From assembly GCA_009692505.1 (NCBI GenBank), contig SHZC01000001.1, forward strand, positions 21,701-85,700: a stretch of DNA of 64,000 nt, in the 5' to 3' direction. Positions 37,229-44,941 of this stretch are shown one piece after another. Origin of the DNA: Myxococcales bacterium (GTDB lineage Bacteria; Myxococcota_A; Bradymonadia; UBA7976; UBA1532). The number at the start of each line of letters is the position of its first letter. The stretch's first letter is position 1. The position numbers were made by a program, and so were the translations under genes. Under the pieces are notes generated by a model. It did no database searches and was not told the origin of the DNA. It saw only the letters and a list, made by a program, of their open reading frames with translations.

Positions 37229-37237
37229 GCCGTAGCG

Positions 37238-39532
37238 TCAAGGATTCGGCGGGGAGCGCACGGGCAGAGCTTGGGTCGGAGACTGGGGCGCGTCCATCAT
37301 GCCGTCCCTCACAACCCGCAGCGCGATGGGCATCCGTCCGGAGAGGTCGACGCGGCCTTCGGGGTCGTCTTCGACGTTCCAGAGTCGAACCCCACGCGGT
37401 GAGCCCCGAAGCCAGTAGTCGCCCCGACGGGCGGCCGCGAAGCCCCCGCTCTGTGCGAAATCCGGCCTGCTTGTGCCCACGACGCCATCCAGCAGGTTCG
37501 AGACAAGGTCCCGGCCGCGCCAGGCACTTGGGGCCGGCACCCCGGCGAGCGACATGATGGACTGGGCGACATCATGCGTGCTGCCCCCAAACTGGAGCGG
37601 TCGCGGACGCAGCCCGATCGCCGACGGATGCCAGAGCACCAGCGGTACACAGAGGATCCCACCCGACAGCGTCCGCCCTTCACCCGCGGCCTCGTAGTCG
37701 TGTAGCGGCTTGCCCACCGTGCCCACGACGATGATCGCGGTGTCCCTGTCCAGGTGATGTCGAGCGAGCGTGGCCACGAGCTGGCCGACCCAATAATCCG
37801 CGGCGCTGACCTGGGCGTCGTAGGCCGCCAGCACGTCCCGCTGGGCCTGGAGGCGCGACTCGACCGCCTCCGTGGGGGCCGAGATCGGCGCGGCTCGCTG
37901 CACATAGATTCGGAAGAGGCCGGCGGGCGGGGGCAGGTCCTCGAGCGGATCCGAGGTCGCCACATACGCCACGAACGGGCGCTTCTTGCGGACATCGAGC
38001 CAGTCGTCCAATTCGCGGAGCAAGGAGCGCGTCTCGGACTGTTCGATGTTTCGATGAAGATCCGTCGCCGTTGAGAAATCCTTGACCACCGTCCGCACGA
38101 CCTCGTCTTCGGTCGCGCTCGTGCTGCCGAAGAACCCCACAAAACGACCCGCGGCGACGAGTGCTGCGGGCAGCGTTGGGGCTCCGGGCATCGGCGCGAG
38201 CAAGGCGAGGTGCCCGTCCCTGGCCGACGTTCCGCCCGACCAGACATCACTCGCCGCCGCCCCTTCCCGCATGAGCAGGTCAAGGTTCGGCGTCGACGCG
38301 CGCTCGCCCACCCGTCCGAGACCCGTCCGGTCGGAGCGGAGCCCGTCGATGGTCCAGACGATGACGTTGCGGACCGGGGAGAAAGGCGTCGCCTCCACGC
38401 CGGGTATATGCAAGGTGGCCTCGATGATCTGCGCGGCATCGGCAGAAGCGATGGGCCCACCGGCGCCGACCGTCACATCGGAGATGATGGAGAGCCTCGC
38501 GGCTCGCCTCCCAAACGCGGAGAGGTCCGCTTCGATGCTGGCCGTTGTGGCTGGCGCGATTCGAACCTTGTGGATGAGGTGCTCGACCGGCCGGCCTTGA
38601 TCGCCGTCGACCTCCAGGACCACCCGAACGTCGACGGGTGGCGATTGTGGCTTGACCTGGACGCGGGCGGAGAGGTGTGCGCTCGGGGGCAGCCAGACGA
38701 AGTGCGACCAGGCCGCCGGGGGCCCCAGCGCGAGCGGAGCCCGATCATCCGGCTTCGTCCCGGCGGTGACTGAGTGTTCCCGGAAGGCCACGGGACCGGT
38801 CTCGGCGGCCGTCGGACCAAAGGCCAGCGTTCCGACCGCGCCGGGGGTCCGCAGCTTGCCGACGAAGCGCGTGAAGCGAAACCAAAGGCGCAGGCGGTGC
38901 TCTCCGGGCTCCAGGCCGTTTGGCGGCAGGGAGAACGTCATGGTGCGCCCCAACATCGGGACATCGACGGTGCCGAGCGGCTGTTCGTCGAGGAAGAGGC
39001 TGAGACGCTGCCCTGCCGCGATGCCCTTCACGAACAACGATCCGACCCTCAGCGCCCGCCCCTCGCTGCCCACCGGGAAGGACAAGGTCGTCCCGATGCC
39101 TTCGGGCCAGGCGACCGGTCGGGCATCCGATTCGCGACCGGGTAACCAAGCGCGCTTGTCGCCCATCGACGTCGCGCTCGCCCACCCTGGGCCATGGGGT
39201 TCGATGACCGGCCCATACCGCCGGAAGTGGCCGTCCCGCCAGTTGGAGACCAGATCGAGGAAGACCCTCGGTGAGACGACCGGCCCGCCTGAGGTGGCTG
39301 CTTTGGACCCCTGGGGAGACGAAGGATCGGTCGCGGGCTCGCCGCCGTCTGGGACGGTCTGCGAAGCGACGCCCGGAGGTTCCCCGCAGGCGCCGAGCCC
39401 GAGGGTGGCGAGGCTGAGAGCGACCGTAGCGAGGCCGGCAAACGCCCTGCCGGGTGCGGCTGCCCGACGACGCCCGAGCCCGTGTTCAAGGCGACGTTTT
39501 TGGGTTTCAGAGCTCGGCAAGTCGGGCACCAC
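37238..39532 (-). CDS. Sulfatase/alkaline-phosphatase-fold lipoprotein with degenerate catalytic motifs
   Basis: Lipobox LGAC, beta-rich N-terminal half, 'NVIVWTIDGLRSD', 'TPNLD', 'AYDAQVSAADYWVG'; lacks the DPH and SDHG metal-binding motifs; start uncertain. Confidence 0.7.
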   Translation of the reverse strand: MVPDLPSSETQKRRLEHGLGRRRAAAPGRAFAGLATVALSLATLGLGACGEPPGVASQTVPDGGEPATDPSSPQGSKAATSGGPVVSPRVFLDLVSNWRDGHFRRYGPVIEPHGPGWASATSMGDKRAWLPGRESDARPVAWPEGIGTTLSFPVGSEGRALRVGSLFVKGIAAGQRLSLFLDEQPLGTVDVPMLGRTMTFSLPPNGLEPGEHRLRLWFRFTRFVGKLRTPGAVGTLAFGPTAAETGPVAFREHSVTAGTKPDDRAPLALGPPAAWSHFVWLPPSAHLSARVQVKPQSPPVDVRVVLEVDGDQGRPVEHLIHKVRIAPATTASIEADLSAFGRRAARLSIISDVTVGAGGPIASADAAQIIEATLHIPGVEATPFSPVRNVIVWTIDGLRSDRTGLGRVGERASTPNLDLLMREGAAASDVWSGGTSARDGHLALLAPMPGAPTLPAALVAAGRFVGFFGSTSATEDEVVRTVVKDFSTATDLHRNIEQSETRSLLRELDDWLDVRKKRPFVAYVATSDPLEDLPPPAGLFRIYVQRAAPISAPTEAVESRLQAQRDVLAAYDAQVSAADYWVGQLVATLARHHLDRDTAIIVVGTVGKPLHDYEAAGEGRTLSGGILCVPLVLWHPSAIGLRPRPLQFGGSTHDVAQSIMSLAGVPAPSAWRGRDLVSNLLDGVVGTSRPDFAQSGGFAAARRGDYWLRGSPRGVRLWNVEDDPEGRVDLSGRMPIALRVVRDGMMDAPQSPTQALPVRSPPNP

Positions 39533-39618
39533 GGGGGCCGTGGATGGTGCGGCCCGCCCCTCTATAGGTCAAGGCTCGCGTTGACATCGACGCGGGCGGA
39601 CCCCAAAGTGCGCGGCCC

Positions 39619-41838
39619 ATGAGCGACCCTAGGCCTGCCTCCGAGACCCCCTCCGTCCGCTCGATGGGCGCCGCTGCATCAGGGGCGGCGGCGTTCATCA
39701 TCGTGGGCTCGTACGATGCCCTCTCACTCTGGGGCGACACAGCGGCGTCGACTGCGGCGATCGGCTTCGGCTGGGTGCAACTCCTCGGTCTGTTCTTCGC
39801 CGTCGTCGTCGCCTTTGTGGTCCCGCCGGCGATGTGTACGGGTGCCTCACTCGGGCTCTTCGGGCGGCTCGTCACGAACAGCAAAGACGCCACGCCGCAG
39901 GCCCGACTCGCCGATGCCGCGTGGGTCTGCGCGTGCGCTTTCGGCGCGCTCCTGACGGCCGTCGGTGCCGGCCTGGGTGGGGCCGTCAGCCACGCCTTCG
40001 CCCAAGCCCGTTTCGCCGCGCCCTTCGTGGCGCTCCTGGCCCTCGTCTCGCTGGGGGTCTCGCTGCTCGTCGGCCCGGCGGTCGCACAGGCGGCCCGCGC
40101 CCTCTTCCGCCGCGTCGCTCCCCTGGGTCTCGCCGGTCCCCTACCCCTCGCGGCTCTCGTCTTGATCGTCCCCTCGGTCGTCGGGCTCGCATTGCTCGCC
40201 ATCGCCCTCGGCCAGATGGATCTCGGCGCGTTTCGCTTGCATTGGGTGGCGCAGGTGCTCGTCGCGCTCGTGCTCACCGCGGTCTTCGTCGCGAGCCGGA
40301 CCACCCGATCGTTCTTCGATCACCGAGTCACCTTCATCGTCGTCGGGCTCACGGCCGCTCTCGGCGCGGTGGCCGCCATGACGCGCTACGCCGACGCTCC
40401 GGACGCCCGGCGCCTCATCCCCCTCGAGGGACACCTCAGCCGGATCGCCGTCGCGCTCGCCCTCGCGGCGACAGACGGCGACGGCGATGGGACCTCGGAC
40501 CGCTTTGGAGGGGGGGACTGCGACGACGACGATGCCCAGGTCGGCCCCACCGCGAGTGAGGTCCCCGGCAACGGCGTGGACGACAACTGCAGCGATGGGG
40601 ACGCCGTGGTCATTGCACCCTCGCCCCCCCCGTCTATCCCGGCAGCACCGTCGTTGGCCGGCCAAGCCGCCCCGCTCGGATCCAAGCGGCACAACGTCGT
40701 GATCTTGCTCATTGATACGCTGCGCCCGGACCACCTCGGGCTGCATGGCTACGGCCGCGAGACGAGCCCCAATCTCGACGCCTTCGCCAAGACTGCGATG
40801 GTCTTCGACAGCGCGTTCGCGGCCGCGCCCAATACGCCGCGCTCCATGCCCTCGCTGTTCACGGGCCGCTACCCGTCCCGGATCGCCTGGGTGAAGCGGT
40901 TCGCCAACTTCGCCAGCCTCAAGGACGAGAACGAGACGGTGTTCGAGCTCGCCGCCGCCGTGGGCGTGGAGACCGAAGCGCAGTCGGCCCACTGGTATTG
41001 GGAGCGCGCCAGCGGCATCAAAGCCGGCGTGAAGCGCTGGGACAATCGGGGGGCCCTGTCCATCAGCGAGAGCAACACCCAATCGGTCTCGCCGGAGCTC
41101 ACGGCGAGGGTCGTCGAGCGCATCAACGCGCTCGCCAAAGGGGACGCGCCTTTCCTGCTCTTTGCACACTACTTCGACCCGCACGCGCGCTACATGAATC
41201 ACCCCGAGGTGAAGGTCTTCGGCGAGACCCTCATGGACAAGTACGACAGCGAGATCGCGTTTACGGACCATCACCTCGCGCCCGTCTTTGCCGCGCTCAA
41301 CGACCCCCATGTCTTGGAGTCCACGACGGTCATCGTATGCAGCGATCACGGGGAGTCGTTCAACGAGCACGGCTTTCATTTTCACGGGCGGACCGTCTAC
41401 CAAGATGAGGTCGCCATCCCGCTGCTCATCCGAACGCCTGGCGGGAAGGTGGGCCGCGCCGCAGACATCGTCAGCTTGGTTGACCTCTTGCCGACCATCG
41501 CCGCGCTTCAGGGCTTCGCGGCACCAAACGCGCTCGGACAGAGCCTGAGACCGCTACTCACGGGCCAGGGTGAGTTCAACCGCGACCGCGTCATCTTCAT
41601 GGAACAGCTCCCCTACCCCATGTACGACGTTCACATGGCCGCCGCGGTCGATTCGAGCGGGCGAAAGGTCGTCCGAAACGTGACGCAGAACACCGTCGAG
41701 CTCTACGACCTCAACGCTGATCCTCAAGAGTCGAAGAACCTCGCCGACTCACCCTCCGCGGCCGACCCCGCCGCCGTGAGCACCCGTCGCGCGCTCATGC
41801 AGTTCCTCGAGTCCGACAGCGGGGACGCGGGGCGATAG
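39619..41838 (+). CDS. Membrane-anchored sulfatase/LtaS-like hydrolase-transferase with a Cys/Asp-rich (MopE-related) motif
   Basis: About 7-8 N-terminal TMs; 'DGDGDG...DCDD...PGNGVDDNC'; 'LIDTLRPDH', 'APNTPRSMPSLFTGRYP', 'HYFDPH', 'YDSEIAFTD', 'SDHGE', 'HG'. Confidence 0.85.
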   Translation: MSDPRPASETPSVRSMGAAASGAAAFIIVGSYDALSLWGDTAASTAAIGFGWVQLLGLFFAVVVAFVVPPAMCTGASLGLFGRLVTNSKDATPQARLADAAWVCACAFGALLTAVGAGLGGAVSHAFAQARFAAPFVALLALVSLGVSLLVGPAVAQAARALFRRVAPLGLAGPLPLAALVLIVPSVVGLALLAIALGQMDLGAFRLHWVAQVLVALVLTAVFVASRTTRSFFDHRVTFIVVGLTAALGAVAAMTRYADAPDARRLIPLEGHLSRIAVALALAATDGDGDGTSDRFGGGDCDDDDAQVGPTASEVPGNGVDDNCSDGDAVVIAPSPPPSIPAAPSLAGQAAPLGSKRHNVVILLIDTLRPDHLGLHGYGRETSPNLDAFAKTAMVFDSAFAAAPNTPRSMPSLFTGRYPSRIAWVKRFANFASLKDENETVFELAAAVGVETEAQSAHWYWERASGIKAGVKRWDNRGALSISESNTQSVSPELTARVVERINALAKGDAPFLLFAHYFDPHARYMNHPEVKVFGETLMDKYDSEIAFTDHHLAPVFAALNDPHVLESTTVIVCSDHGESFNEHGFHFHGRTVYQDEVAIPLLIRTPGGKVGRAADIVSLVDLLPTIAALQGFAAPNALGQSLRPLLTGQGEFNRDRVIFMEQLPYPMYDVHMAAAVDSSGRKVVRNVTQNTVELYDLNADPQESKNLADSPSAADPAAVSTRRALMQFLESDSGDAGR

Positions 41839-41848
41839 GACGACTGCA

Positions 41849-42547
41849 ATGGACGCCTTGTGCCGACTCATCGAAGCCCTGCTCCTCGCCGCCGAACATC
41901 CGCTGACGAGCACGGCGGTCGTCGAGCTCATCAACGCCGCCGTTGACGAGGAGGAGTGGCCGGCTCGGGTGGACTTGGCACAGGTCGAAGCGGCGTTCGT
42001 GGCGCTGGCCGGGGGCGTGTCTCGCTTCGGCGGGATTGAGCGGGCGGAGGTTGGAGGCGGCTATAGGCTCCGGACGGCCGCCGATCTGGCCCCCATGGTC
42101 CGAAGGCTCTGGCCGGATCGACCCTCCCGACTGAGCGGCGCGGCCCTGGAGGTCCTGGCGATCGTCGCCTACCGCCAGCCGTGCACCAAGACCGACGTCG
42201 AGGAGATCCGTGGGGTCGACTGCGGCGGCGTGATGCGGTCCCTGCTCGAACGGCGGCTCATCCGTATCGTTGGCAAGAAAGACGAGCTCGGACGGCCCCT
42301 TCTGTATGGCACGACGGTCGAGTTCCTGGAGACGTTCTCTCTGCCGGACCTTCGCGCCTTGCCGACGCTTCGAGAGTTGGAGGCGCTTCAGGTTGAGGAG
42401 GCCGCGCGGGATAAAGGTGACCGGATCCTCGAGGCCGCCGTGTCCGCAGGTGAGCAGCTCACCCTTGAGCCGGAGGTTGCTCAGGCCGACCCGGTGGCAA
42501 GTGAAACGGAGTCGGTTCCAGACTCCCCGCCCGACTCAGAGCCCTGA
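41849..42547 (+). CDS. scpB: SMC-Scp complex subunit ScpB
   Basis: 'IEALLLA', 'VGGGYRLRT', 'LSGAALEVLAIVAYRQP', 'IRGVD', 'GRPLLYGTT..FL..F.L..L..LP'. Confidence 0.96.
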   Translation: MDALCRLIEALLLAAEHPLTSTAVVELINAAVDEEEWPARVDLAQVEAAFVALAGGVSRFGGIERAEVGGGYRLRTAADLAPMVRRLWPDRPSRLSGAALEVLAIVAYRQPCTKTDVEEIRGVDCGGVMRSLLERRLIRIVGKKDELGRPLLYGTTVEFLETFSLPDLRALPTLRELEALQVEEAARDKGDRILEAAVSAGEQLTLEPEVAQADPVASETESVPDSPPDSEP

Positions 42548-43399
42548 AGGCCCATCTTCGCCGCGAGCGCCCTCGTCGAGCATGCCCGCCGCGTCTTCAC
42601 CGAGCCTTGCTATCGCCACGACCCGCGCCTCGACGTGCAGGAGCCCGAGCCTGTCACCCTGAAGCACCCGCACCAGCCGCAGGCGGACCATCTCCAGGAT
42701 CGCCAGGAACGTCGTCACAAGCTCCTCTCGATGGCGTGCGGTCTCGCAGAGGGCCTGGAACGTCGTCGTGCCCGTCACGGCGAGCGCGGCGGCGATCTGC
42801 GCGATGCGCTCGGCGATGGAGATCCGCTCCACCCAGATGTCGTGGGGGGCCGTAAAACGGCCACGGCGAACGAGTCGTCGAAAGGCCTCGGCCAGGCGGT
42901 AGACGTCCTGAGCGGAGAGGTCCAACTCGTCGTCCGGGTCCGGCGGTCGGTCGAGCCCAGCGGGGCGAAAAAAGACCTCCCGACCGGCGCGCGGAAAGAT
43001 GTCCAGCCCACGCGCGACCTCTCGAAAACGCTGATATTCGAGCAGCCGTCGGACCAGTACCTCCCGCGGATCGAGGAGCTCCCCGACGGGGCCGCCCATT
43101 GAGGCCGTGGGTCGGGGCAGGAGCATCGCGCTCTTCAGTTGGGTCAACGTCGCGGCCATGACCAGAAACTCGCTGGCCGGCTCGATGGACAGGCGCCGAA
43201 GCGCCTCGAGGTACCGCAAATAGGCACCGGTCAACCTCGAGATGGGGATGTCGAAGATGTCCAGTTCCTCCTTGCGGATGAGGTGCAGGAGCAGGTCGAG
43301 CGGCCCATCGAAGCTCGTGAGGTGTATCGAGAACGCATCGTCGGCCAGCTGAACCGCCGGGTCGCGCTCGACCTCCAGAGGCGGGACCTCCGCGCTCAC
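42536..43399 (-). CDS. scpA: Segregation and condensation protein ScpA (kleisin)
   Basis: 'FDGPLDLLLHLIRK.ELDIFDIPI', 'EFLVMAATL..LKS.MLLP', 'LVTTFLAILEM'; GTG 43399 overlaps the site-2 protease stop. Confidence 0.95.
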   Translation of the reverse strand: MSAEVPPLEVERDPAVQLADDAFSIHLTSFDGPLDLLLHLIRKEELDIFDIPISRLTGAYLRYLEALRRLSIEPASEFLVMAATLTQLKSAMLLPRPTASMGGPVGELLDPREVLVRRLLEYQRFREVARGLDIFPRAGREVFFRPAGLDRPPDPDDELDLSAQDVYRLAEAFRRLVRRGRFTAPHDIWVERISIAERIAQIAAALAVTGTTTFQALCETARHREELVTTFLAILEMVRLRLVRVLQGDRLGLLHVEARVVAIARLGEDAAGMLDEGARGEDGPSGL

Positions 43400-44046
43400 G
43401 CCAGCGCCGAGACCAGGAATCGGGTGACCGTGTAAGCGAGGGGACCAATCAAGCGTCCGCCGAGGACAAACACCGCGATAAACAAGATAAACCGGTACTC
43501 CTCCATGAACTGGCGGATCGCGTCGAAGCCCCGGGGCAGCAGCGAGAACAGGACCTGAAACCCGTCGAGGGGGGGCACAGGCAGGAGATTGAAGAGGAAC
43601 AGCGTGATGTTCGTGTGCAGGAGCACCAAGATAAGTTTCCTTGAGTGCTGGGCGATCTCGAGGTCGAGGCCGCTGATCATCCGGGGCACCGGGCCAAGCA
43701 GGGCCGCACAGAGCACGGCGATGAGCAGGTTCGAGACTGGCCCGGCCGCGGAGATGAGCGCGTTGGCCTGCCACATCTTCCAGCGTCGATGGACTCGGGT
43801 GAGGGTCACCGGCGTCGAGGCCATGCCCAGGCCGTAGCCTTGGAGCGCGCCCAAGATCGGCAAGACGACAAACGTGTCGAGGTGGGCCTGCATGAGCGGC
43901 AGCGGGTTGAGCGTGAGGCGCCCCATGCGGGCGGCGGTGTCGTCCCCGAGCAGGTTGGCCATCCAAGCGTGGGCGAACTCATGCACGGTGATCGAGAAGA
44001 TGACCGTGAACAGGATGAGCACGAACTCCGAAGGGTTGAAATCCAA
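43396..44046 (-). CDS. Site-2 (M50) intramembrane metalloprotease
   Basis: HEFAH, 'GDDTA..MGRLTLNP', 'AGPVSN', 'FNLLPVPPLDG'. Confidence 0.95.
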   Translation of the reverse strand: MDFNPSEFVLILFTVIFSITVHEFAHAWMANLLGDDTAARMGRLTLNPLPLMQAHLDTFVVLPILGALQGYGLGMASTPVTLTRVHRRWKMWQANALISAAGPVSNLLIAVLCAALLGPVPRMISGLDLEIAQHSRKLILVLLHTNITLFLFNLLPVPPLDGFQVLFSLLPRGFDAIRQFMEEYRFILFIAVFVLGGRLIGPLAYTVTRFLVSALA

Positions 44047-44050
44047 GACG

Positions 44051-44941
44051 TCAGCCTCGTGGGTGGTGTTGCGCGTGGATCTTCTCGAGCCAGGCGCGGG
44101 ACAGGTGGGTATAAATCTCGGTCGTGCCGATGTCGGCGTGTCCGAGCATGAGCTGCAGGCTACGAAGATCCGCGCCGCGCTCGAGCAGGTGCGTGGCGAA
44201 GGCGTGGCGAAGCTTGTGCGGGGACATGGGCCTTCGGATTCCGGCCGCGACGGCGAGCGCCCGAAGAATCTTGAAGAATCCCTGACGCGTCAACGGCCCG
44301 CCGAGTCGGGAGATGAACAGGGCGTCATGAACCTTGGGGGCCGGTCCTCGAACGTCAATCAGGTAACGCTCGACCCAGGCCCGCGCGGCGTCGCCCAAGG
44401 GCACGATTCGCTCCTTCTTGCCCTTGCCCCTGACCCGCACGAAGCCGGCCTCCAGATGCACCGAGCCGAGCGTCATCCCGACGAGCTCGCTGACGCGCAG
44501 GCCCGTCGCGTAGAGGACCTCGAGCATGGCCCGGTCTCGGACGCCCCGATCGGTCTCGACATCGGGGGCCGCGAGCAGGGCCTCGACCTCATCAAGGGAG
44601 GGCGCGTCCGGCAGCGGCCGCCCGATCTTCGGGAGGTCAATCTTGGCGGTGGGGTCCAAGACGAGGCCCGCTTGGTCGGTGCGGTCGAGCAGGCAGCGGA
44701 AGAACATCCGCAGCGTGACGAGCCCTCGCGCCTGCGTCCGCGCCGACAACCCTCGCTCCGAGCGACGCGACAACCACTCGCGGATGGTCTCGGCGTCGAG
44801 GTCGGTGACCGCGGGGGGTGCCTCGAAGCCACGTCGGAAGTCGGCGAGGTCGAGCGTGTAGGCCTGTGCCGTGCTCTTTGACAACCCGCGCTCGAGGAGG
44901 ACGTGGTCGATGAAGATCCGCGTCGCTTCGTCCAGGTTCAT
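44051..44941 (-). CDS. xerD: Site-specific tyrosine recombinase XerD
   Basis: 'ERGLS..T..AY..DL', 'RDRAMLEVLYATGLRVSEL', 'GKGKKERIVP', 'SPHKLRHAFATHLLERGADLRSLQ.MLGHADI.TTEIYTH'. Confidence 0.93.
   Translation of the reverse strand: MNLDEATRIFIDHVLLERGLSKSTAQAYTLDLADFRRGFEAPPAVTDLDAETIREWLSRRSERGLSARTQARGLVTLRMFFRCLLDRTDQAGLVLDPTAKIDLPKIGRPLPDAPSLDEVEALLAAPDVETDRGVRDRAMLEVLYATGLRVSELVGMTLGSVHLEAGFVRVRGKGKKERIVPLGDAARAWVERYLIDVRGPAPKVHDALFISRLGGPLTRQGFFKILRALAVAAGIRRPMSPHKLRHAFATHLLERGADLRSLQLMLGHADIGTTEIYTHLSRAWLEKIHAQHHPRG

Noticed and set aside
44051-44941. Tyrosine recombinase as a sign of a mobile element
   Set aside because: Housekeeping XerD signature and context; no att sites, tRNA or cargo; no dif-like site recognised
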